A DNA stretch of 45,659 nucleotides. Origin: a virus. This document shows positions 37,312-45,180 of the stretch, piece after piece. Each line of letters starts with the position of its first letter. Positions within the stretch are counted from its first letter, which is position 1. The notes beneath the pieces are model-generated. The model saw only the letters and a list, made by a program, of their open reading frames with translations, had not been told where the DNA came from and did not search any database. The position numbers and the translations under genes were made by a program. Location of the stretch: positions 1 through 45,659 of the IMG/VR virus record IMGVR_UViG_3300009285_000019; one strand, 5' to 3'.

Positions 37312-39678
37312 ATGCCATTTGGTCCATACGAAGATTTTGATGATTGCGTCAGTAAGAACTCCGACAAGGATGACCCTAAAGCTTACTGTGCAATCATCAA
37401 ACGCAACATTGAGGGTGACGGTAATGGTGGCAACGGCAGCGACCACAGTGAATTACCAAGCTGGGTATCAATTAATATGTTTGCGGAGGGCGATTCTTTA
37501 ATGCGCACCATAGACGTTTTCCGTGCGGGCACCCATACTGATTCATCGGGAGTCACTCGTCATTGGGGCATGGGCGATCTCCGTAATATGGTAGCGGCGT
37601 TTAATGCTGGGGTGCCGGGCCGAGTGCCTATTAAGGTGGGTCATACCACCGACAAGTTCAACAGATCCCTGGCTGAGAAGATGGGCCTCCCCACCGACAT
37701 TCTAGTCGGCGAGGGCGGCGAAGGTGCCGCATCCCTTGGTCGCATTACTAAGCTATATGTTTCTGGCGAGGGTGACGCAGCGGTGCTCAGGGCCAATGTG
37801 GAGTTGTCTCCGCCACTATCTCGCCTACTAGACGATAAGTTGTTCGGTGACGTGTCCGCCGAGATCTTTGACCATAGGTCTAATAATGGGGTGGAATATG
37901 GGCCAGTCCTGTCGGCGGTAGCGGTGCTTGGTGCCGAACGCCCAGCGGTCAAAGACTTAGTGGCGTTCGGCACCAAGCTTGATGATAAGCTGCCAGATCG
38001 GGTGCTGGCCTTCAAGGCATCGTTTGATGAGACGCCAGCCGCCACAGAAGTTGCAATTACCTCTATAGACCAGATTGGCGAAGTCTATGGCTGGTGGCGC
38101 AGACATCCACGGCTCCGGCGGCTCGCTTTAAGTATGGCAGGAGGTCCTTTTTTGGAGGCGTTTTGGGGTGGGCCAAAAGGGGAGGCAGAGGTCCGCTCCG
38201 CCAAGAAGCTTTACGACGCTGCCTTAGATACGGGTGATACGGATACGATCCGGGATGCATCGGAACTGTACCTGGAGACGGTGAATCGGTATGGGTTCCA
38301 GGAACACGGCGGTAATGGCGGAGATGATGAGGACTGCGTTAAGAAACACATGGGCGACGGTGGCATGTCTCGTGAAGACGCCGTGGCCAAATGTAAGAAG
38401 ATGAAGCAGCAAATGAGAGAGGCGGCGGCGGCGTGGCGGCTTAGCACCCGCCAACATAAGGAAGGGGAAGGTATTGCGAGATACCTGGTAGTGTTTGCTA
38501 TCGGCACAGACGTGGAAGATATCTATGTGTACGCCGACTCGCTTGAGGACGCAGTAGACAAGGCATCCAAGCAATTCCAGGACAGCTTCGGGGTGGATCC
38601 TGATGATGTACTCCGAGTAGAGGTGTTGACGGGCCGATACGGGGAGATGAAGCAACTGAGAATGAGTGGCCGCCATCGTGAGGCCGCTAATGCCTTATCA
38701 AATGGCATGATCCCTGATGGTGCGTTTGACGCTGCCGAGGATGTTATGCGTGGGGCGTTTAAAGATGCCCTATTGTCGGGCAAGGTGCAGCGTTCTGGTT
38801 GGGGCAATACCATCAGGGCAGCTTGGGGGCTGTTACAAGAGTCGGTGCTTAAGGGGTTCAGCGAACCAACATCCTCAGCGTTTGGATGGGGCGGTCAAGT
38901 GGCATCAGTCATTATCTCACCGCCAATTGCCAAGTCCCACGATGACGTGGTGAAGTGGCTTATTGACCACAGATACGAGGCTAATGATTGGGAGATCAAG
39001 CAACTTGGCACTGATTGGGTAATGAGACCAGTATCTGCTGATATGAACCCAAACTACACGTATGGCCAAATAAGCGTGGGTGCTGGGATAACAGCCATCG
39101 TAGGCACACCATCCATTACTGGTGAACTCAGCAAAGGAAAATACCAAACATATGATAGAGGTGATGCTATGGTAACCGAACGGGAACTCCGCAAAGCCCT
39201 TGGCATCGGTCTCAATGAGGACTTGGTGGTTGCGGTCAAGAAGCTCAAGGAGGCGTCCACCTTCTCTGAGGCGATGGCCGACACCGTCAAGTCTCTAGAT
39301 CACGACCGGCTAGTGATGCGGTATAGTGAACACACTACATTACTCACTACTGTGGCTGGTACTCCCCGTGAATTGGCGGAGCAATTGGCCAAGCTGGAAG
39401 AATCGGTGGGCGAGAGGGTGGCCAGAGACCTACTAATCGCCTGGCAAGGCGTGCAGGCCGCCGCTAACCGAGCGGGGGTACTATCCGCCTTCTCAAAGCC
39501 CAGCGTTAATGGTAGTAGTAACGCCTCTCACCCATTTGAGATCAAGGTCAAGTCGGTGGCGGAGAAGGACAACCTCACCATCCCAGTGGCCATGGTTAGA
39601 ATGGCTCGCTTGGATCCAAGCGGATTTCATGAGTACAACAACGCCGTGGCTAGGGGGGAGCATAGGGCCACCATCTAA
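37312..39678 (+). CDS. Large head-morphogenesis protein (788 aa), a Mu gpI-like prohead protease/scaffold candidate with additional domains.
   Basis: The segment VFRAGTHTDSSGVTRHWGMGDL...VPIKVGHT...GRITKLYV...LRANVELSPPLSRLLDDKLFGDVSAEI...AVLGAERPAVKDL resembles Mu-like prophage protein I by eye. The C-terminal part is helical. It lies between the portal and capsid genes. Confidence 0.45.
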   Translation: MPFGPYEDFDDCVSKNSDKDDPKAYCAIIKRNIEGDGNGGNGSDHSELPSWVSINMFAEGDSLMRTIDVFRAGTHTDSSGVTRHWGMGDLRNMVAAFNAGVPGRVPIKVGHTTDKFNRSLAEKMGLPTDILVGEGGEGAASLGRITKLYVSGEGDAAVLRANVELSPPLSRLLDDKLFGDVSAEIFDHRSNNGVEYGPVLSAVAVLGAERPAVKDLVAFGTKLDDKLPDRVLAFKASFDETPAATEVAITSIDQIGEVYGWWRRHPRLRRLALSMAGGPFLEAFWGGPKGEAEVRSAKKLYDAALDTGDTDTIRDASELYLETVNRYGFQEHGGNGGDDEDCVKKHMGDGGMSREDAVAKCKKMKQQMREAAAAWRLSTRQHKEGEGIARYLVVFAIGTDVEDIYVYADSLEDAVDKASKQFQDSFGVDPDDVLRVEVLTGRYGEMKQLRMSGRHREAANALSNGMIPDGAFDAAEDVMRGAFKDALLSGKVQRSGWGNTIRAAWGLLQESVLKGFSEPTSSAFGWGGQVASVIISPPIAKSHDDVVKWLIDHRYEANDWEIKQLGTDWVMRPVSADMNPNYTYGQISVGAGITAIVGTPSITGELSKGKYQTYDRGDAMVTERELRKALGIGLNEDLVVAVKKLKEASTFSEAMADTVKSLDHDRLVMRYSEHTTLLTTVAGTPRELAEQLAKLEESVGERVARDLLIAWQGVQAAANRAGVLSAFSKPSVNGSSNASHPFEIKVKSVAEKDNLTIPVAMVRMARLDPSGFHEYNNAVARGEHRATI

Positions 39679-39728
39679 CCCCGCTAGCATCTCATCAGCT
39701 GTTACCATCTCTTCTTAAGGAGAATCAA

Positions 39729-40133
39729 ATGCCAGAAGCAGCATTCAGGTCCATTCCAGGGATGAAGGCCGACGCCGACCTCAGTGCCGACCAATACCGT
39801 GCTGTCAGGATGACCGGCGCTTTCCAAGTGGGCCTTATTACCAACGCCAATGCCCAGCGACCATTCGGTATCCTACAGGACGACCCAGACGCCGAGGGGA
39901 AAGGGGCATTGGTGGCTTACGATGGTGTGTGCAAAGCCAGAGTGGGAACCGGCGGCGTAACGGCTGGTGATACGTTGGCAGTGGAAAACGATGGTGACCT
40001 CATCACCGACGTTGAGGTTGCCGATGGCGGCGCTGTTGACCTTCACCATGTTGCTACCGCATTAGAGACCGGTGCAGCTGGTGATGTCATCTTCGTCCTG
40101 CTGCACACCCCAATTCGGATTGGGTTGGAATAG
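39729..40133 (+). CDS. DUF2190-like head decoration protein candidate.
   Basis: AAGGAG RBS. It is 134 aa and sits immediately upstream of the major capsid gene. The pattern GILQDDPDAEGKGALVAYDGVCKARVG..VTAGDTL is typical of that family, judged by eye. Confidence 0.55.
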   Translation: MPEAAFRSIPGMKADADLSADQYRAVRMTGAFQVGLITNANAQRPFGILQDDPDAEGKGALVAYDGVCKARVGTGGVTAGDTLAVENDGDLITDVEVADGGAVDLHHVATALETGAAGDVIFVLLHTPIRIGLE

Positions 40134-40189
40134 ACCAACCAAGCCAACAAGTAGACAAGCTTTATTAGTTATCTAGGGGGTAACGCAAG

Positions 40190-41152
40190 ATGCCACTGCC
40201 GACTGTGAAGGATCTGAGACCCATCAACCCAGTGTTGACCAATCTCTCGTTGGGGTTCCGCAACCCAGCGTTTTACTACGATAGGCTGTTTCCTCCAGTG
40301 GAGGTACCTGAGCGGTCGGGTACCTATTTCATTTGGACTAGGGACTTCTGGTTTAGACGCCCAGTCGGTGGAGTCAGGGCTGCAGGCGCTCCATATACCA
40401 GGATTGGGTTTGGTGTGGAAACTGATACCTACGCCACCAAAGAGTATGGTTGGGAGGAAGCGGTAGATGACGTCACTAAGGCAAGTTCTCAGGTCCCCGG
40501 CCCTGGACTTGAGGAGGTAGCAGTCCAGCATCTCACCAACGCCATCCAAATAGAGTTGGAAAAGCAAGCAGCAGCCGACGGCTTTGTCACTGGGGTGTGG
40601 GGTACTTCTAATCCCCTGGTTGGTACAAGCCAATGGTCGGATTATGACGCTTCTAATCCCGTGACCGCTTTGGATGTGGCCAAGCGCACCATCCGGCGCA
40701 ACACTGGTGAGGAACCCGACAGCATGCTCATGGGTGCGTTGACGTGGGAGGTCCTCAAGGAGCACCCCATCCTGGTTGATAAGTACAAATACACTCAATC
40801 TGGCATCTTGACCGAAGCTTTGGTCGCTGCCGCATTGGGCGTCAACATCATCATGGTGGGCAAGTCAGTGGAGAACACCGCCGCAGAGAAGGCACCAGGC
40901 ACTGCTTCACATACCGGCGCTGATATCTGGACAGATAATGCTCTGCTTGTCAAGGTCACCCAAGCACCAGGACTGCTGGTGCCGAATGGCGCTTATCGCT
41001 TCGTCTGGAACGAGCGTGGCAATGTCCCATGGGCCGTGGAGAACTACTATGAGGAACAGACCCGCAGCAATATTCATCGGGTGTTCAGCCACTGGCAGAA
41101 CAAGATCGTAGGTGCTCAGTATGGGTACTTGTTCCTGGACACCAACGCTTGA
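40190..41152 (+). CDS. Major capsid protein (lambda gpE-like, Phage_cap_E pattern).
   Basis: NLSLGFRNPAFYYDRLFPPVEVPERSGTYFIW...RAAGAPYTRIGFGVETDTYATKEYGWEEAVDD follows the family pattern. It is 320 aa and sits in the expected position. Confidence 0.8.
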   Translation: MPLPTVKDLRPINPVLTNLSLGFRNPAFYYDRLFPPVEVPERSGTYFIWTRDFWFRRPVGGVRAAGAPYTRIGFGVETDTYATKEYGWEEAVDDVTKASSQVPGPGLEEVAVQHLTNAIQIELEKQAAADGFVTGVWGTSNPLVGTSQWSDYDASNPVTALDVAKRTIRRNTGEEPDSMLMGALTWEVLKEHPILVDKYKYTQSGILTEALVAAALGVNIIMVGKSVENTAAEKAPGTASHTGADIWTDNALLVKVTQAPGLLVPNGAYRFVWNERGNVPWAVENYYEEQTRSNIHRVFSHWQNKIVGAQYGYLFLDTNA

Positions 41153-41163
41153 GCCAATGAACA

Positions 41164-41188
41164 GGTAAATGGATAAGTGGGTAAGTGG
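41164..41188. repeat. Mini tandem repeat gtaartgg, about 3 copies.
   Basis: Read directly, in the gap after the capsid gene. Confidence 0.6.
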
Positions 41189-41204
41189 CCTACTATTGGG
41201 GTGA

Positions 41205-41627
41205 GTGATGTACGAGGCATACAGGGTACTGCGCACGTTCCAATGGAGGGGGAGAGTCTATTCCCCACCAGGTAAGTGTGGTTGTGAGTGCGCCCAGACC
41301 AGTAGCCAGCTAGACGTGAATCACTGCACCGGCGTGGTAGCTACTGCTTGCACGTGTCCCGACGCCGGTTATTGTGGCTGCCGTATTAAACCACAAAACT
41401 ACGGCGGAGATGTTTGGGTGGTGGAGGCTGGCAACCCACGGAAGTCTCATATCCTTAACCAGCGGTTTGTCATTTACGACTCATCGTTGCCATCAGGTGA
41501 TGAATTAGCCTCCAACCCAGTCTTCATCCACCTTATCCAAGACCCACGGCTACAGCGGGAAGGTACGTCACCAGATGCCCAATACCCGCAGTATGTGGAC
41601 AATAGGGAGTACCTACCCACCGGCTAA
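41205..41627 (+). CDS. Cysteine-rich hypothetical protein (140 aa).
   Basis: ORF track. It contains a CGCEC...C...CTC...YCGC cluster. Confidence 0.55.
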   Translation: MMYEAYRVLRTFQWRGRVYSPPGKCGCECAQTSSQLDVNHCTGVVATACTCPDAGYCGCRIKPQNYGGDVWVVEAGNPRKSHILNQRFVIYDSSLPSGDELASNPVFIHLIQDPRLQREGTSPDAQYPQYVDNREYLPTG

Positions 41628-41723
41628 TCAACTAGTAACTTGGTTCCTTTGCTAGTTTAAGGAGACACTACCGACCAGGTAGGGAAGCCAGCGACTAGCT
41701 GAGACGCAGCAAAGGAGACGCAC

Positions 41724-43919
41724 ATGGCGAAGTCCAGCCTCATCACCGTGGTGGGATACCGCAGCCGCCCTAATCAGCTGCTCAACCAGCTGATCTCCAT
41801 CTTTGATACCGCTACAGGCCATAATCATGACGGCACCGATTCTGCGACTGTTACGGCATCAGTCACTCTTGACCAGGCATATGATACAGGTGGCGCAGGC
41901 GCAGGCCGAGCTATTACCGTTGATAGCGGCGCTGTAGCACTCACCAATAATGCTGCTAACAACAACGGTATTCTTACTGCTACTAAAGACCCAGTTGGCG
42001 CACAATCGGGTGATGCCATAGTAATAACTGTTGGCGCACAAGCTACGGGCGCTGCCATTAACATAGCCAATACGGGCAGTGGCAACGACATTACTGGCAT
42101 TAACTGGTCTGTCTCTCAAGCGGGTGCTGCTGTGTTCGTATCCGTAGATATTAACGGCACCGCAGACGGTCTCATTCTGGACGCTGACGGCGACACTACC
42201 ATCTCATCCCCAACCGATGACCAGGTTGACTTTGAGGTCAACAGCGTAGATGTTCTTAGGTTGACCACTACTCAAATCCAACTGCTCGCAGGTGCTACCG
42301 CAGGACTTAGTATAGCAGCAGGCGGCATTACGATTACTGCAGGCGGCCTGACAGTCTCTGCATCAGGCGCTGCCATCACCGGCGATTCTACGGTCACAGG
42401 CAACCTGACTGTCACTGGCAACCTCACCTTTGGCGGCAACTGGACAGTAGGCGCAACTCTCACCGTTGACGAGCTTATTCTGGATACTGACGGTGCTGCA
42501 CCCGCCGCCTCTAACGTTTACGCTGTACGTGACAATGTTGGTGACCTCACTCTTAACGCTGTTACAGGCAAGACCATCAACCTTGCTGTAAATGGCACCG
42601 ACGAGTATACTCTGTCTGCAACTATTCTGGATATGAATGCCAATGCTCTTGATAACACTGGGTTTATTATCCTGAATGCCGCTACTGCGCCAGATGTCAC
42701 CGAAGTCTACTTCGTCAACGACAATGCTGGCGACCTCACTCTTAACGCTCTTGACACCAAGGCTGTCCACGTTGCAGTTAACGGCACCGACGAGTTCAAC
42801 TTTACTGGAACCGCTCTCCAGGTCACGGCATCCAACAACATCCAGTTTCTTGGTAACAATGGGCTTCTTGACAGTAACGGCAACGAGGTTATTCTCGTAG
42901 AAGCGGTTGCAGGCGCTACCACCTATCTTAACGTCAAGAATGCTAACGGCGCTGCTATTGTTCTGGAATGCTTGGGCGCTGCTGACCTCGGCTTTGTTCT
43001 TCAAAACGACCAGGACGAGCCGCTTTTGACCCTCACCCCAGTAGCGTCGGCGGTAAATGCTGTTACTGTCCTGAACGCTGCTACCGCTGGACGGCCTATT
43101 GTCCGAGTTACGGGTGAAGCCGATATTGGGTTGCAGATTCAGAACCTTGCTGGCGAAGTCATGTTCGCTACTCTTAGCACCAACGCTCCTCTTAACTGGA
43201 TTGAGGTTAGTAACGCTAACACTGGTGCTCGGCCTTTCTTTGTTAACCCCGGCGAAGACGATATTGGTATGGAGTTCCGAGCCAAGAACAATGAGGAAAT
43301 GTTGATATTGGCCGCAACCGCCGCCGCTGTCAACGAAGTTACTATTACCTCCCAAGCGACTGGCGCTGCGCCCTCCATCGCTGCTACAGGCGGTGACGCT
43401 GCTATTGACCTCTCTCTTGCTGGCAAGGGCGTAGGCTATGTTCGCTCCGATTCCAACCTGGACATGAGTGACAACACCTTGTTCGGTAGTCAGGCCAGCG
43501 GTGGCGACCTGCTTCTATCCTCTACAGGCCATGCTACCAAAGGCGCTGTATCGGTACTCACAGGTAATGAGGGCTTTAAGGTTGGCGGCGTCGCAATCCG
43601 TGCTGGCACCGCAGCGACCAACATTCTTGCTGTCTTTGATGGCACTAACCCCCAGGCAGGTCAAGCGCTTGTTAATGGCATTGAAATCTACTCAAACGCT
43701 GGCGAGTGCTTCATCATGGACGCTGCTGGTACCGCTACTCAGCAAACGCCTCACGATAACGCAGGCTACTGGTATCTCAACTCCTATAGCTCCAAGCGCA
43801 ACAAGACTATCCGAATCCACGTAGAGCGGATGCTGCGGGCGCTAGCTGAGAAGTTCCCAGGTGAGCTTGACCGCTTCATAGAGGAGTTACCAGCTGAGGC
43901 GCTCTATCATCACAGCTAG
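41724..43919 (+). CDS. Large fibre-like structural protein (731 aa) with internal sequence repeats.
   Basis: AAGGAG RBS. The N-terminus carries TATGHNHDGTDS. Repeated segments are present: DNVGDLTLNAVTGKTINLAVNGTDEYTLSAT and DNAGDLTLNALDTKAVHVAVNGTDEFNFTGT. Confidence 0.6.
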   Translation: MAKSSLITVVGYRSRPNQLLNQLISIFDTATGHNHDGTDSATVTASVTLDQAYDTGGAGAGRAITVDSGAVALTNNAANNNGILTATKDPVGAQSGDAIVITVGAQATGAAINIANTGSGNDITGINWSVSQAGAAVFVSVDINGTADGLILDADGDTTISSPTDDQVDFEVNSVDVLRLTTTQIQLLAGATAGLSIAAGGITITAGGLTVSASGAAITGDSTVTGNLTVTGNLTFGGNWTVGATLTVDELILDTDGAAPAASNVYAVRDNVGDLTLNAVTGKTINLAVNGTDEYTLSATILDMNANALDNTGFIILNAATAPDVTEVYFVNDNAGDLTLNALDTKAVHVAVNGTDEFNFTGTALQVTASNNIQFLGNNGLLDSNGNEVILVEAVAGATTYLNVKNANGAAIVLECLGAADLGFVLQNDQDEPLLTLTPVASAVNAVTVLNAATAGRPIVRVTGEADIGLQIQNLAGEVMFATLSTNAPLNWIEVSNANTGARPFFVNPGEDDIGMEFRAKNNEEMLILAATAAAVNEVTITSQATGAAPSIAATGGDAAIDLSLAGKGVGYVRSDSNLDMSDNTLFGSQASGGDLLLSSTGHATKGAVSVLTGNEGFKVGGVAIRAGTAATNILAVFDGTNPQAGQALVNGIEIYSNAGECFIMDAAGTATQQTPHDNAGYWYLNSYSSKRNKTIRIHVERMLRALAEKFPGELDRFIEELPAEALYHHS

Positions 43920-43951
43920 GCGCTCTATTATCATGTGGCGCACTCTAATTG

Positions 43952-44018
43952 AATAATTAACTCTGCCTGGTTGAGCAATTAACCTTACCTAATGGAATAG
44001 TTAACCCTGCCCAGTTGA
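43952..44018. repeat. Three imperfect direct repeats of about 22 bp (a[at]a[ag]ttaac[ct]ctgcc[ct][ag]gttga type).
   Basis: Read directly, in the gap before 44033. In addition, ggcgctctayatca x2 spans the upstream stop codon. Confidence 0.65.
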
Positions 44019-44032
44019 AAGGAACGATTGAA

Positions 44033-44638
44033 ATGGCAGTAAGAACTACGAAGTCCTCTGCGGTTACCCGTACTCAAAAACAACTCAAACGCACCTATGC
44101 AGCTGTAGCTGAGGAGCATGACGTTGTAGTCCGCTTGGTTAACAAGCCGCTCTATAACGCTTTTGGAGACCCGTTCTACCTCCAGAACTTTCGCTTTGAC
44201 CCCGAAATAGTCGGGATGATTCAAGCAGAGTTGGATGGCACCAAAGCAGAACCCAACGATGAGGTCTACCTTGAGGAGCTTAACGAGACCATTTCGCTCA
44301 GGGATGATGTGCGGTTACGCCGAAATGTCCATTCCGATATGGCCTACGCTGTAGAGTTCTTTCTACGCTCACGTGACGCTCAGAGCGGTAAAAGTATCGT
44401 GGTCAAAACCCAGACTGACTCAGATCATGTTTGGGACATCGGTCAGGCCCTTCAGCACTTCAGAATCAAAGACTACCTAGAGTTATCCAAGGGCGACCAC
44501 CGCTGGCTTGTTGATAAAGTCAAAGAATGCGCCTTTCAGGTTTATCCAACCGATGCTCGCATGTTCCTGGATGCTTTGGCAATAGCGTACCCGCCACAAG
44601 CTCTTATTGAGGTTGAATTAGGCCCCGATGCCGAGTAG
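44033..44638 (+). CDS. Hypothetical protein (201 aa from the ATG).
   Basis: Same frame as the track ORF at 44015 (TTG start). ATG at 44033 is preferred. Confidence 0.6.
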   Translation: MAVRTTKSSAVTRTQKQLKRTYAAVAEEHDVVVRLVNKPLYNAFGDPFYLQNFRFDPEIVGMIQAELDGTKAEPNDEVYLEELNETISLRDDVRLRRNVHSDMAYAVEFFLRSRDAQSGKSIVVKTQTDSDHVWDIGQALQHFRIKDYLELSKGDHRWLVDKVKECAFQVYPTDARMFLDALAIAYPPQALIEVELGPDAE

Positions 44639-44675
44639 CCATAGCCGAAGTCACGGCTTCTAGGGAGCAACCCAT

Positions 44676-45083
44676 ATGGCAGTAGTAGTTGAGACCGTTA
44701 CAAGTCTAGCTCACGAGGTTCCATATCGTCAAGTAGATATGCCATCGTATCTGATTGGCACCTACTCAGCTAATGACGTGGACAACCACGACTTCAAGGC
44801 AGATGCTCGTGGCAAGGGGCGTCTCACTGTAGCAGTAGACAACCCTGCCAATAAGTCTGTGGTTGTTGACATCTACGGTATGCACTCAGCCACAGGCACC
44901 GTTGGCGACGTTGGCACCTTTGTTATAGCAACCGCCGCTATGACCATCGCTAACGCCGCCAAGGACTACGAGACCGTGGCTGACCCATTTCCATTCTATC
45001 TAGTGCGCTGTACGCACTCTGAGGTACCTACTGACGACCCGCTCAAGACAGTTACTATCTACATAGACTTTTCCGCTTTCTAG
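44676..45083 (+). CDS. Hypothetical structural protein (135 aa).
   Basis: ORF track, GGGAG RBS. Confidence 0.6.
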   Translation: MAVVVETVTSLAHEVPYRQVDMPSYLIGTYSANDVDNHDFKADARGKGRLTVAVDNPANKSVVVDIYGMHSATGTVGDVGTFVIATAAMTIANAAKDYETVADPFPFYLVRCTHSEVPTDDPLKTVTIYIDFSAF

Positions 45084-45090
45084 TTCTGCT

Positions 45091-45171
45091 CGGATTGTAT
45101 CAGATGATAAAAGTCGCTACTACAGATTGTATCGGATTGCGGAAGTCATTTCGGATTGTGTTGGGTTGTGG
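45091..45171. repeat. Cluster of dispersed ggattgt-type short repeats (4-5 copies).
   Basis: Read directly, in the gap upstream of the ATG at 45181. Confidence 0.6.
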
Positions 45172-45180
45172 GAGTCATCA

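Noticed and set aside
40169-40798. A 209-aa ORF on the - strand overlapping the major capsid gene. Similar antisense ORFs lie at 34444..35025, 15181..15852, 22039..22533, 30366..30878 and 31952..32488.
   Set aside because: Each lies antisense to a gene with strong motif or RBS support and shows no motifs of its own.
42363-43355. A 330-aa ORF antisense to the 731-aa fibre gene, together with other antisense ORFs at 41825..42119 and 42272..43426.
   Set aside because: It is antisense to a repeat-rich fibre gene. The open frames are explained by biased codon composition, and there are no start signals.
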